From assembly GCA_963820065.1 (NCBI GenBank), contig CAWFYM010000001.1:168767-232766 (forward strand): a DNA stretch of 64,000 bases, read 5' to 3'. The DNA comes from an uncultured Actinomycetota bacterium. GTDB lineage: Bacteria > Actinomycetota > Actinomycetes > DATJPE01. Shown in pieces: positions 31,427-41,285 of the stretch (positions are counted from its first letter, which is position 1; each line of letters opens with the position of its first letter). The translations under genes and the position numbers were made by a program. The notes below the pieces were generated by a model that searched no databases, was not told where the DNA came from, and worked only from the letters and a program-made list of their open reading frames with translations.

Positions 31427-31612
31427 ATGACCGAGTCGACGAGTCGCTCGCTGGTCGTGGCAACCGTGGTTGCGCTCATCCTCGTCGTGTTCGGTGTCCT
31501 GCTCGTGGTGATCGTGGACGGCGCTGCCATCTGGGTCACGGTCGTGGCCCTGGTCGTTCTCACCCCCGTCGTGTTCGCCGGCGTGCTGCGTTGGCTGGGA
31601 CGCCTGTCGTGA
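31427..31612 (+). CDS. hypothetical small two-TM membrane protein
   Basis: MTESTSRSLVVATVVALILVVFGVLLVVIVDGAAIWVTVVALVVLTPVVFAGVLRWLGRLS. Weak RBS; the start could instead be 31370. Confidence 0.35.
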   Translation: MTESTSRSLVVATVVALILVVFGVLLVVIVDGAAIWVTVVALVVLTPVVFAGVLRWLGRLS

Positions 31613-31741
31613 GTGTGTTGCGCTGAAGACGCGGGACTTCCGGTGCGGGCCGCGCGGGGGCTAGGGTCACCGCAGAAGACTGACTGACTGACCAGCCAGG
31701 ATGTGTGACGCCTGGCTCGTGGCATGCCTGGGAGGGCTCTC

Positions 31742-32839
31742 GTGTCTGACACCATCCGCTCGGTCCTGCACGAGATCCAGGAGTCCCAGGGCGCCACGTT
31801 CCGCGACGACAGTGGGTGGTTCTGGACCGAGGGCTTCGGCAACCACCCGGCCGGCTACGAGGCCGTCCGCCGCGGGGTCGCCATCTGGGACGTCTATCCC
31901 TTGGTCAAGTGGGACGTCTCTGGGCCGGACGCGACTGCCGCCATCCAGCGGGTCTTCACGCGTGACTTGTCCGCACAGAAGGTCGGCCAGGTGCGCTACG
32001 GCGCCTTCGTCGACGAAGCGGGGCTCCTGGTCGACGACGGGACGGTCTACAAGCACTCAGACGACCACTACTGGGTGCTCACGAACAGCGATGAGTGGGA
32101 CGAGTACGCCCGCTCGCACAGCCCGACTGCGCAGTTCACGGCGACGCTGAAGACCCACGACATGCCGCTGATCTCCGTCCAGGGGCCGAAATCACGCGAG
32201 CTCCTGCAGTCGCTCACCGACGTCGACCTGTCCGATGTCGGCTACTTCACCTTCGTCACCGAGCGCGCGACCGTGGCCGGGGTCCCGGCCTGGATCGCGC
32301 GCACGGGGTTCTCCGGCGAGATCGGTTTCGAGCTGATCCCCGACCGGGACGGTGCCGTCGCGCTGTGGTCGGCTCTGTCGGACGCGGGCGCGGTGCCCAT
32401 GGGCCTCGACACGCTTGAGCCCGTACGGATCGAGGCTGGCCTGGTCATCTACTACGCCGAGTACACCCCCGGCGAGCAGAACCCCTACGACCTGTCGATG
32501 GATCGGCTCGTGGCCATCGACAGCCCCGCGGACTTCCTCGGCAAGGAGCAGCTCGCCGCCTGGGCGGCGTCTCCACCGCAGCGGCTGAAGACGCTGTTGA
32601 TCGCGGGCGATGACCTTCCGGAGGACGGCGCTGACGTGCTTCGCGACGGCGCAGTGATCGGGACCATGACCAGTCGAACGGTCAGCCCTGAGTACGGCAC
32701 GATCGCGTTGGCCCGGCTGGCGGCCGACCATGCGGTGGACGGAGTCGCTGTCGAGGTGGCTTGCGGAGCGGGCGTGGTTTCCGCGACGGTGGCGCCGCTC
32801 TCGGTGAAGGACCCGGAGAAGCGGCTGCCTCGCGGCTAG
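31742..32839 (+). CDS. aminomethyltransferase (glycine cleavage T protein) family protein
   Basis: GTG at 31742 after GGAGGG. GcvT-like folate-binding domain (GAVPMGLDTLEPVRIEAGL...), about 365 aa. Confidence 0.7.
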   Translation: MSDTIRSVLHEIQESQGATFRDDSGWFWTEGFGNHPAGYEAVRRGVAIWDVYPLVKWDVSGPDATAAIQRVFTRDLSAQKVGQVRYGAFVDEAGLLVDDGTVYKHSDDHYWVLTNSDEWDEYARSHSPTAQFTATLKTHDMPLISVQGPKSRELLQSLTDVDLSDVGYFTFVTERATVAGVPAWIARTGFSGEIGFELIPDRDGAVALWSALSDAGAVPMGLDTLEPVRIEAGLVIYYAEYTPGEQNPYDLSMDRLVAIDSPADFLGKEQLAAWAASPPQRLKTLLIAGDDLPEDGADVLRDGAVIGTMTSRTVSPEYGTIALARLAADHAVDGVAVEVACGAGVVSATVAPLSVKDPEKRLPRG

Positions 32840-32842
32840 ACC

Positions 32843-33328
32843 TCAGGCGGTAGCCACGACTCCGGCGGCCCACACCGCCGCGACGAGCAGGACGCTCGCC
32901 AGCTCGATGAGGATCGACAAGCCCGTGGCTTTCAGCGCCTCGATCGTCGATGACCAGGCGGGCGCCGGCTGTCGGAGCCTGCTCAGCTCCGCGATGAAGA
33001 TCCCGCCGATGAAGCCGATCGGCAACCCGACGAGCGGGATGACGAAGAACCCGACGATCCCCACGATCCCGCCGACGACGATGCTGCGCGCCGGGACGCC
33101 CTGGCGGGTCAGCCGACGGCCCGGCCAGGCGTACTTGGCGAACTGGCCCGCTGTGATGAGGGCAACGGCGAGCAGGAGCACGAGCCAGCCGGTGACCGAC
33201 CGCTCGACCAAGGCCCAGGCCCCAACGGCGGCCAAGGCCAGCAGCCCGCCGGGCAGAACGGGGATGACGCAGCCCAGCGCCGCCGTGAGCAGAACCAGTC
33301 CGACGAGGACGTCACCCCACCAGGGCAC
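32843..33328 (-). CDS. DUF456 domain-containing membrane protein
   Basis: MPWWGDVLVGLVLLTAALGCVIPVLPGGLLALAAVGAWALV... has the DUF456 signature. Confidence 0.75.
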   Translation of the reverse strand: MPWWGDVLVGLVLLTAALGCVIPVLPGGLLALAAVGAWALVERSVTGWLVLLLAVALITAGQFAKYAWPGRRLTRQGVPARSIVVGGIVGIVGFFVIPLVGLPIGFIGGIFIAELSRLRQPAPAWSSTIEALKATGLSILIELASVLLVAAVWAAGVVATA

Positions 33329-33349
33329 GGCTGTTTAGGCCGCCGCGGC

Positions 33350-33580
33350 TCAGCGCTCGTCGAGGGGAGCAACCGCGGGAGCGGTGGCCAGCTTGTCGGT
33401 CTCGTCCTGAACGTGGGCGGCGAGTGCCTGCAACTTCGGTTTGAACTCGGCGAAGTGGTGTCCGCAGAACAACAGGTCCATGCCGGAGCCGAGCGTCACG
33501 CGTACGTAAGCCTGAGCGCCGCATCGGTCGCAGCGGTCGAGCGCGGTGAGCGGCGTGCTGGGTGCCAGCGCGGTGTCCAC
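33350..33580 (-). CDS. small zinc-ribbon-like protein (DUF7455-like; CxxC...C(G)HH)
   Basis: GTG at 33580 after GGAGG: (M)DTALAPSTPLTALDRCDRCGAQAYVRVTLGSGMDLLFCGHHFAEFKPKL... The track ORF extends upstream with junk. Confidence 0.6.
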   Translation of the reverse strand: MDTALAPSTPLTALDRCDRCGAQAYVRVTLGSGMDLLFCGHHFAEFKPKLQALAAHVQDETDKLATAPAVAPLDER

Positions 33581-33809
33581 ATCGCCTCCGGTTCCTTGGG
33601 GTCGGTTGACCTGTACAACATCCTGACACCTCTTGGCTGTTCCCGTGACGCTGCGGCGCGCCGTTCGCCCGACGCGTAACGCAGGTGTGACCGATCCGAC
33701 ACCTGCTGGGGTCATTTCGGGCTAGGCCGACCGTGGCGGACGACACGCCCGAGCCCGGATCCCCAGGCGTACGGCTCCGTCGGCAGGCCCGGGTAGCCTC
33801 GGCACAGAC

Positions 33810-35993
33810 ATGACAGCCCAGCCCACCGAGACCCCGCCAGTCCGCGGCAAGCGTACGTCCCGCGCCTCTGGCTCCGGACGTGGCGAGCCGGCTGGGGGCT
33901 ACACCGCTCGCCACCTGTCGGTGCTCGAGGGTCTCGAGGCGGTTCGCAAGCGACCGGGGATGTACCTCGGGTCCAACGATTCGCGGGGACTCAACCACTG
34001 CCTCTGGGAGATCATCGACAACTCCGTCGACGAGGCCCTGGCGGGGCACGGCGACCGCATCGAGGTCGTCCTGCACGCCGATGGGTCGGTGGAGGTGCGC
34101 GACCGCGGCCGAGGCATCCCCGTCGACGAGGAGCCCAAGACAGGGCTGACCGGCGTCGAGGTCGTCATGACCAAGCTCCACGCCGGGGGCAAGTTCGGTG
34201 GCGGCTCATACACCGCGTCGGGCGGGCTTCACGGGGTGGGTGCCTCGGTGGTCAACGCGCTGTCCGAAAGGCTCGATGTCGAGGTCGACCGCGATGGCGC
34301 CACCCACGCGATGTCCTTCCACCGCGGCGTCCCCGGTGTCTTCGACGGCGATGAGGCGGCCAGCTCGTTCACTCCGGGCGGCGGCCTCCGCCGGGTCGGG
34401 AAGGTCACCAAGAAGGTGACCGGCAGCCGCACCCGGTTCTGGCCCGACCGACAGATGTTCACCCCCGATGCCCGCATCGGGCTCGAAGAGCTCTACGCGC
34501 GGGCGCGCCAGACCGCTTTCCTCGTTCCGGGGCTGACGCTCGTGGTCCGCGACGAGCGCACCGACGGGCCGCCCGGCGCAGACGCTGGAGCGTCAGCAGA
34601 CGGTGCTGCCGGAGCCCCCACGGAGCAGTCGTTTCACTTTTCGGGAGGGATCAGCGAGTTCTGCGAATACCTCGCGCCCGATGAGGCAGTGACCTCAACG
34701 ATCCGCTTGCAGGGGTCGGGCCATTTTCACGAGACCGTTCCGGTGTTCGACGACCAGGGCCACATGACCCCGCGCGAGGTCGAGCGGGAGCTCTTCGTCG
34801 ACGTCGCGCTGAGGTGGGGGTCGGCCTACGACGCGACGGTGCGTTCGTTCGTCAACATCATCGCCACCCCCAAGGGCGGCACCCACGTGCGCGGATTCGA
34901 GCGTGCGATGCGCGAGACCCTCACCGAGCAGGCCCGCGCTCAACGCGTCCTGCGGGCCGCCGAGCCCGACCTGACGACCGACGACGTGCTCGAGGGCCTC
35001 ACCGCCGTCGTGACCGTACGCCTGGCCGAGCCGCAGTTCGAAGGTCAGACGAAAGAGGTCCTCGGCACACCCGCCGCGTCTCGCATCGTGTCCCGGGTCG
35101 TGGCCCGCGAGCTCAAGACGGTGCTCACGTCGACCCGCCGCGGCGACAAGCCGCAGGCCAAGACGATCCTCGAGAAGGTCGCAGCTGCGGCCCGCACCCG
35201 CGTCGCCGCGAGGCTGCACAAGGAGCACCAACGACGCAAGAACGCGCTCGAGACGTCGTCGCTTCCGGCGAAGCTTGCTGACTGCCGCAGCGATGACGTC
35301 GACCGCAGCGAGCTCTTCATCGTCGAGGGTGACTCTGCGCTGGGGACGGCCAAGCTCGCCCGAGACAGCGAGTTCCAGGCGCTGCTCCCGATCCGCGGGA
35401 AGATCCTCAACGTCCAGAAGGCGTCCCCGTCCGACCTGCTCAAGAACACCGAGTGTGCCGCCATCATCCAGGTCATCGGCGCTGGAAGTGGTCGCACGTT
35501 CGATCTCGAGGCTGCCCGCTACGGCAAGATCATTCTGATGGCCGACGCCGATGTCGACGGCGCCCACATCCGCACGTTGCTGCTCACCCTCATCCACCGC
35601 ACGATGCGCCCCATGCTCGAGGCCGGGCGCGTGTTTGCCGCTGTCCCGCCGCTGCACCGCATCGAGGTTGTCACCGGCGGAGGCAAGAAGAACGACTACG
35701 TCTACACCTACAGCGATGCCGAGTTGCAGCGTTCGCTCGCCGAGCTGGAACGCAAGGGCAAGCGGGTCAAGCTGCCACCGCAGAGATACAAAGGTCTCGG
35801 CGAGATGGATGCAGACCAGCTGGCTGAGACGACCATGGACCCCAGGCACCGCACGCTGCGCCGCATCACCGTCGGCGAGGTCGAGGAGGTCGAGCGGGTC
35901 TTCGAGCTGCTCATGGGCAACGAGGTGGCCCCGAGGCGAGACTTCATCGTCGATGGCGCCCAAGCGCTCGACCGCGACCGCATCGACGCCTGA
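33810..35993 (+). CDS. DNA topoisomerase (ATP-hydrolysing) subunit B, GyrB/ParE-like second type IIA topoisomerase B subunit
   Basis: GHKL ATPase motifs (GLNHCLWEIIDNSVDEA, GGLHGVGASVVNALS), a Toprim EGDSA motif (LFIVEGDSALGTAK) and a C-terminal tail. 727 aa. Confidence 0.9.
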   Translation: MTAQPTETPPVRGKRTSRASGSGRGEPAGGYTARHLSVLEGLEAVRKRPGMYLGSNDSRGLNHCLWEIIDNSVDEALAGHGDRIEVVLHADGSVEVRDRGRGIPVDEEPKTGLTGVEVVMTKLHAGGKFGGGSYTASGGLHGVGASVVNALSERLDVEVDRDGATHAMSFHRGVPGVFDGDEAASSFTPGGGLRRVGKVTKKVTGSRTRFWPDRQMFTPDARIGLEELYARARQTAFLVPGLTLVVRDERTDGPPGADAGASADGAAGAPTEQSFHFSGGISEFCEYLAPDEAVTSTIRLQGSGHFHETVPVFDDQGHMTPREVERELFVDVALRWGSAYDATVRSFVNIIATPKGGTHVRGFERAMRETLTEQARAQRVLRAAEPDLTTDDVLEGLTAVVTVRLAEPQFEGQTKEVLGTPAASRIVSRVVARELKTVLTSTRRGDKPQAKTILEKVAAAARTRVAARLHKEHQRRKNALETSSLPAKLADCRSDDVDRSELFIVEGDSALGTAKLARDSEFQALLPIRGKILNVQKASPSDLLKNTECAAIIQVIGAGSGRTFDLEAARYGKIILMADADVDGAHIRTLLLTLIHRTMRPMLEAGRVFAAVPPLHRIEVVTGGGKKNDYVYTYSDAELQRSLAELERKGKRVKLPPQRYKGLGEMDADQLAETTMDPRHRTLRRITVGEVEEVERVFELLMGNEVAPRRDFIVDGAQALDRDRIDA

Positions 35994-36065
35994 CCGGGGG
36001 GCTCACGGGGACCGAAGTCCGGATAAGTCCCCAGACGTGGGACTGGCCCCTCTAGGCTGCCCGCT

Positions 36066-36371
36066 ATGTGCTGCATCGTCGCGCTCGGAGGTCTGATCGG
36101 ACCCCGCATCGCCCTGATCTTCGCCTGGATCTTCACCAACGAGGTGTCGCAGGCGTTCTCCAGCTTCTGGTTGCCGTTCCTCGGGCTGATCTTCTTCCCG
36201 TGGACCACGCTGATGTACGCCATCGCGTACGCGCCCATCGTGGGAGTCAGCGGGTTCTGGGGCTACCTGCTCGTCGCGCTGGGCGTCGCCCTCGACATCG
36301 GCTCATACTCCGCGTCGGCGTACCAGCGCGGCATGCGTCAAGGTGGCGGCACGGCCGGCACCTACGCCTGA
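36066..36371 (+). CDS. hypothetical small hydrophobic membrane protein
   Basis: 101 aa with 3 TM helices and very high GC3. No family recognised. Confidence 0.5.
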   Translation: MCCIVALGGLIGPRIALIFAWIFTNEVSQAFSSFWLPFLGLIFFPWTTLMYAIAYAPIVGVSGFWGYLLVALGVALDIGSYSASAYQRGMRQGGGTAGTYA

Positions 36372-36438
36372 GCCTTCCCGCATTGGGGAAGTTCACTGTC
36401 GCTGGAGCGACCGCAAACTTCCCCATTCCGGGAAGTCG

Positions 36439-36948
36439 TCAACAGACTTGGGTCACGAGCCCTGTGTCGACGTCGTAGAGGAACCCGCCGACTTCGACGT
36501 CGTTGTGCAGGAACGGCCAGGAGTCGATGCGTTGGACGTCGGCGCGAAGGGTGGCCTCCTGGTCGGCGATCATCCCGAAGTCGAGCGAGCGCGAGTCGAG
36601 GCCCTTCTCGGCCAGCGTGGCGTTGACCTCTTCGGCTGTCGCGCTGGCCATCTTGCAGTTGGTGTGGGGCACGACCATCACTCGGCGCACGCCGAGCAGG
36701 TGCACGGCCAGCACCAACGTGCGAAGCACGTCGTCCGTGACCCGAGCACCGGCGTTGCGCAGGATCTTGGCGTCTCCCGGGGCGATGCCCAGCATCTGCA
36801 GGGGCTCGATCCGGGAGTCCATGCAGGTGACCACCGCGAGGCCCTTGGCTGCTCGAGCGGGTAGCCCAGCGAGCCGGAAACTGGTCGCGTAGGCGCCATT
36901 GGCGGTCAGCACGTCGTCGAAGGCGCCCTTCGAGGACAGCGAGGTCAT
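36439..36948 (-). CDS. beta-class carbonic anhydrase
   Basis: MTSLSSKGAFDDVLTANGAYA...VVTCMDSRIEP...VMVVPHTNCKM carries the Cys/His zinc ligands of beta-CA. The track ORF to 37371 is a junk extension. Confidence 0.8.
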   Translation of the reverse strand: MTSLSSKGAFDDVLTANGAYATSFRLAGLPARAAKGLAVVTCMDSRIEPLQMLGIAPGDAKILRNAGARVTDDVLRTLVLAVHLLGVRRVMVVPHTNCKMASATAEEVNATLAEKGLDSRSLDFGMIADQEATLRADVQRIDSWPFLHNDVEVGGFLYDVDTGLVTQVC

Positions 36949-36953
36949 GGCGG

Positions 36954-37871
36954 TCACCCTGCCGAGGGTACGACGGAGGTCGCCAGAAGGCCTGTCCACG
37001 GCTCGGCAACCCGGCCGCACGACTCCGGCCGCTCCAGTCCCGCGTGCTCCTCGACTGTGACCAGCCAGCTGGCGCCGTTCGGTACGCGCACCGTCACCGC
37101 CCAGGGGCCGTCCCCTGAGGGAGGGAGGACGTCGAGCCGGTCTGCCTCGCGGACTCCCGCTCGATCGCCGCCGAGCTCGGTGAGCACAGCGGCCTCGGCG
37201 ACCTGGGCGGCCGGAGCCAGCGCCGACCGACCGCGATAGGCGCCGAGGGGCACCCGCCCGGCAACGGCGGCGAGGATGTCGGTCACCGAGGCGCGACCGA
37301 GGACCACGCCCGAGGGCAGGAGCAGCACCGTCGGCGCGAACCGGTGTCCGCCCAGGTGCGAGCTCTCCCACAGGGACTCACCCAGCTCCGGCGCCAGCGC
37401 GGCCACGCGGGCACGTCCGACCTCGGCGCAGCACAGGTCGCGGCGGCCGTTGGTGCAGATCAGGACGGTCGGGTCGGCCGTCGCGTCCCCAAAGCCCGGC
37501 CGTCGGCCCTCCGCCAGCGACTCCAGGTCGAGCTCGCCGAGCTCGCGTGCGTCGTCGAGGGACGTCTGTTCAAGCCATCCCGCGCCCGGGTGGCTGGCCA
37601 GCAGCACGCGTCGACTGGCCGTGTGGTGGTCGGCGTGCCGCCCCGGACGACGGATGAGCACGAAGGTCACGCCTGCGGCCTTGGCCCGGGCATCGAGGGC
37701 GGCGCCGAAGTCCCGGTCGAGGTGCGACGACGACGGAGCCTTGCGTCCCCATGGACCGGGCTGCTCCAGCGCCAACCACGCCCGTGGGTGCGGGGCCGTA
37801 CCGGTGAGCACCTCGTCGGCATCCAGCGAAAGCGCCGAGCAGGCCTCCGGGCGCCTCACCATCGAGGTCAT
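36954..37871 (-). CDS. sucrase/ferredoxin-like (thioredoxin-like [2Fe-2S]) family protein
   Basis: ICTNGRRDLCCAEVG and GGHRFAPTVLLLP motifs of PF06999. ATG at 37871 overlaps the stop of the topoisomerase A-subunit gene (ATGA). Confidence 0.65.
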   Translation of the reverse strand: MTSMVRRPEACSALSLDADEVLTGTAPHPRAWLALEQPGPWGRKAPSSSHLDRDFGAALDARAKAAGVTFVLIRRPGRHADHHTASRRVLLASHPGAGWLEQTSLDDARELGELDLESLAEGRRPGFGDATADPTVLICTNGRRDLCCAEVGRARVAALAPELGESLWESSHLGGHRFAPTVLLLPSGVVLGRASVTDILAAVAGRVPLGAYRGRSALAPAAQVAEAAVLTELGGDRAGVREADRLDVLPPSGDGPWAVTVRVPNGASWLVTVEEHAGLERPESCGRVAEPWTGLLATSVVPSAG

Positions 37872-40336
37872 TCGGCTGCCGAGGTGGCCGGGTGGGCCGG
37901 GCCGGCGACTGCGGCGATCACCTGCGAGGTGACCGTGCCGGAGCCGTCCCGGCGACCGGTCGGAGCCGGCAGGTCGAGGGGCACCCCGTTCGCCGCGGAG
38001 GCCCGCGCGGGCACGTCGCCGGCCCAACCCAGCACCAGCGTGTCCTCACCCTTGAGGAACCGGTGGGCCCGCACGCCGCCCGTGGCCCGGCCCTTGGCTG
38101 GATAGTCGCTGAAGGGGCTGACCTTCAGCGCGCCCGGCTCGGTGCCGGGAAGAGCCGCCGACGATCCCGACGCGGTGACGACGATGGCTGTGTCGGGCTG
38201 CCGTACGGCTCCGAAGAACACCGCACGCTCGCCCGCCGCCACCTTGACCCCCGCCATGCCCCCCGCCGCACGACCCTGCGGGCGTACGGCGTCGGCCGAG
38301 AAGTGCAGCAGCTGGGCGTCGGACGTGATGAAGACCAGCTCGTCACCCGCTCCGACCTCGGCGGCACCGATGACCCGGTCGCCCTCGCGTAGGCCGATGA
38401 TCTCGAAGGATTCGCGGTTGCCCGGGTAGTCGGGGGTCACCCGCTTCACCACGCCCTGCTCGGTGCCCACAGCGAGCCCGGCGGTCTCGGACAGCGAACA
38501 GAGCGTCAGCACACGTTCGCCCGGGTTGATCTCGGCGAACTCGGTCAGCGGTCCGCCGCCGGCCAACGACGGAGCCGCAGCCGTGGGAGGCAGCGCCGGG
38601 AGGTCGAGCACGGACAGCCGGATCACGCGTCCCGCCGAGGTCACGAGTCCGACCTCACCTCGCGCCGTCGTCGTCACCGCGCCGACGAGGGAGTCGTGGG
38701 TGGCCCGGTCTCCGTCGCTTGGGAGCGGCGTGGCGTCGGACGTGCGCGCGAGCAGACCCGTGGACGACAACAGGACGTGGCACGGGTCGTCTGCGACCTC
38801 GAGCGGCGTGGCCCCCACGGTCGCCGGAAGCCCAGCGCCCTCCAGCAGAACGGTGCGTCGCGGGGTTCCGTGGGCCTTGGCGACCTCCGCGAGCTCGTCG
38901 GAGACCGTCTTGCGGAGCAGCCCTTCGTCGTCGAGCAGCGCGGTGAGCGTCTCGATCGTCGCGGTGAGCTCGTCGCGCTCCTTCTCGAGCTCGAGCCGGG
39001 AGAACTTGGTCAAGCGCCGCAGCGGCATGTCGAGGATGTAGGTCGTCTGCGTGTCGGTCAGGTCGAAGACGGTCATGAGCCGTTCGCGAGCCTGCGCCGC
39101 ATCGTCGCTGGCGCGGATCAGCTGGATCACCTCGTCGATGTCGAGGATCGCCACGAGGAGGCCTTGCACGAGGTGGAGCCGGTCCTCGGCCCGGGAGCGC
39201 CGATAGGCGCTGCGGCGGCGCACGACCTCGATGCGGTGGTCGACGTAGACCTGCAGCAGCTCGCGCAGCCCGAGCGTGCGAGGTTGACCGTCGACCAGGC
39301 AGACGTTGTTGATGCCGAAGGACTCCTCCATCGGGGTGAGCCGGTAGAGCTCCTCGAGCACGGCCTCGGGGTGGAAGCCGTTCTTGATCTCGATGACCAG
39401 GCGCAGACCCTTCGTGCGGTCGGTCAGGTCTTTGACGTCGGAGATGCCTTGGAGCTTCTTGGCCTTGACGAGGTCGGAGACCTTCTCGATCACCCGCTCG
39501 GGTCCGACGTTGTAGGGCAGCTCGGTGACGACGATGCCCTTGCGTCTGGGGGTCACGTTCTCGACGCGGGCGGCCGCGCGCGTACGGAAGACGCCGCGGC
39601 CACTCTCGTAGGCCTCGCGGATCCCGTCGAGCCCCACGATCTTGCCGCCGGTGGGCAGGTCGGGACCCGGCACGAACCGCATGAGGTCGTCGAGACTGGC
39701 GCCGGGATGCTTGATGAGGTGCCGCGCGGCCGCCACGACCTCGACCAGGTTGTGGGGGGGCATGTTGGTGGCCATGCCAACGGCGATCCCGCTGGAGCCG
39801 TTGACGAGGAGGTTGGGGAACGCCGCCGGAAGCACGTCCGGCTCGCGCTCCTGCCCGTCGTAGTTGGCCCGGAAGTCGATGACGTCCTCATCGAGGCTCG
39901 TCGTCATGAGCAGCGCAGCGGGAGCCAGCCGGCACTCGGTGTAGCGCATCGCCGCCGGGGGATCGTCGTTGCCGAGCGAGCCGAAGTTGCCGTGGCCGTC
40001 GACCATCGGCACCCGCATCGAGAACGGCTGGGCCATCCGCACCAGCGCGTCGTAGATGGCGCCGTCCCCGTGTGGGTGCAGCTTGCCCATCACTTCGCCG
40101 ACGACGCGCGCGCTCTTCACGTGGGCGCGGTCGGGGCGTACGCCCATCTCGGCCATCTGGAACAGGATGCGTCGATGGACCGGCTTGAGCCCGTCCCGGG
40201 CGTCGGGCAGGGCTCGGGAGTAGATGACCGAGTAGGCGTACTCCAGGAACGACCCCTGCATCTCCTCGCGCACGTCGATGTCGACGATGCGTTCCTGGAA
40301 ATCCTCGGGGGGCGGGGCAGCAGTGCGACGGGCCAT
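37868..40336 (-). CDS. DNA topoisomerase IV/gyrase subunit A-like (ParC/GyrA homologue of the second type IIA topoisomerase)
   Basis: IVDIDVREEMQGSFLEYAYSVIYSRALPDARDGLKPVHRRILFQM... with catalytic Tyr region; 822 aa. Confidence 0.9.
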   Translation of the reverse strand: MARRTAAPPPEDFQERIVDIDVREEMQGSFLEYAYSVIYSRALPDARDGLKPVHRRILFQMAEMGVRPDRAHVKSARVVGEVMGKLHPHGDGAIYDALVRMAQPFSMRVPMVDGHGNFGSLGNDDPPAAMRYTECRLAPAALLMTTSLDEDVIDFRANYDGQEREPDVLPAAFPNLLVNGSSGIAVGMATNMPPHNLVEVVAAARHLIKHPGASLDDLMRFVPGPDLPTGGKIVGLDGIREAYESGRGVFRTRAAARVENVTPRRKGIVVTELPYNVGPERVIEKVSDLVKAKKLQGISDVKDLTDRTKGLRLVIEIKNGFHPEAVLEELYRLTPMEESFGINNVCLVDGQPRTLGLRELLQVYVDHRIEVVRRRSAYRRSRAEDRLHLVQGLLVAILDIDEVIQLIRASDDAAQARERLMTVFDLTDTQTTYILDMPLRRLTKFSRLELEKERDELTATIETLTALLDDEGLLRKTVSDELAEVAKAHGTPRRTVLLEGAGLPATVGATPLEVADDPCHVLLSSTGLLARTSDATPLPSDGDRATHDSLVGAVTTTARGEVGLVTSAGRVIRLSVLDLPALPPTAAAPSLAGGGPLTEFAEINPGERVLTLCSLSETAGLAVGTEQGVVKRVTPDYPGNRESFEIIGLREGDRVIGAAEVGAGDELVFITSDAQLLHFSADAVRPQGRAAGGMAGVKVAAGERAVFFGAVRQPDTAIVVTASGSSAALPGTEPGALKVSPFSDYPAKGRATGGVRAHRFLKGEDTLVLGWAGDVPARASAANGVPLDLPAPTGRRDGSGTVTSQVIAAVAGPAHPATSAAE

Positions 40337-40378
40337 GCGTGGATCCTCCCAGGGGGCGCCCCCGGAGCGCGGAGCGAC

Positions 40379-41280
40379 CTACCGGGGGGCGCGGCTCGGT
40401 CGGGCGCCGACCTGCACGACGGCCTGGGCGGCCAACCCGCAGCCAGCCTCGAGGGACGCCTCGGGATCGGCCCCGTTCAGCGCCTGTGGCAGCCACCCGG
40501 CCGCGAAGGCGTCTCCCGCGCCCGTGGTGTCCAGCACATCGACGGGCGCGGCCTCGACACGCACAACCTGGCCGCTGCCCTGGCCGGCCCACAGCGCCCC
40601 ACGCGCACCGAGGGTGACGACGACCTCTGTGAACGCGGCCGTGAGCGTGCGAGCCGCATCGGCCGGGTCGCTCATTCCGGTGAGGGCCATCGCCTCGTCG
40701 CCGTTGGCCAGCAGGGCGTCGCAGCCGCTCACCCACGACAGGAAGCGCTCGGGACCGGCGGCAGCCAGCGGGCCGGCCGACGACGGGTCGATCGACACCG
40801 ACGATCCAGCGGCCCTGGCGAGGGCGATCGCATGCAGGGCTGCTCCTCGTGAGCCTTCGTTGAACAGCGGGTACCCACTGAGGTGGAGGTGGGTGCCGGC
40901 ATCGAACAGGTCGCCTGGGATGTCGTCGACATCCAGGGCGGCGTTGGCTCCGGCGTCCGGGATCATCGAACGCTCACCGCCTGGGGTCACGACGACGATG
41001 CAGGTCCCTGTGGGCCGCTCCGCGTCTCGGGCGACGTGCGGCCGAACGCCGGCATCGATCAATGAGCCGATCGCGACGTCCCCGGCCGGATCGGCCCCGA
41101 CCCGGCCCAAGAACGTGACTTCCTCACCGCCTCGGGCCAGCCAGGCGGCGGTGTTTGCGGCCGAGCCCCCCTGCAGCGAACGGATCGGTGCCGGTGAGTC
41201 GCTGCCGCGCAGCAACGGGCCGCTGAGGTGGGCGACGACGTCGGTCATGACGTCGCCGAGGCAGACGAACCGGATCGGCA
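40379..41280 (-). CDS. PfkB family carbohydrate kinase (pseudouridine kinase-like)
   Basis: GTG near 41280: VPIRFVCLGDVMTDVVAHL..., anion-hole motif DTTGAGDAFAAG. Immediately downstream of psuG. The track ORF 40379..41737 has a junk N-terminal extension. Confidence 0.75.
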
Positions 41281-41285
41281 CCCGT

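Noticed and set aside
36439-37371. 310-aa version of the carbonic anhydrase ORF, and the 357-aa version of the ferredoxin-like ORF (36954-38027)
   Set aside because: The N-terminal portions are Arg/Gly-rich and overlap neighbouring genes. Conserved domains start at internal ATGs (36948 and 37871) that fit tight operon spacing.
38696-40852. 718-aa plus-strand ORF (and similar long ORFs 15168-17087 (-), 17205-18107 (-), 27575-29116 (-), 40278-42137 (+), 44688-46376 (-), 24855-26492 (-), 10094-11344 (-), 2339-3529 (-))
   Set aside because: All lie antisense to well-supported genes (parC-like, ppc, sigma factor, psuK/psuG, Pat/MFS, gltA, DUF445). Their Arg/Gly/Pro-rich low-complexity translations lack any recognisable motif, so they are stop-codon-poor artefacts of about 72% GC DNA.
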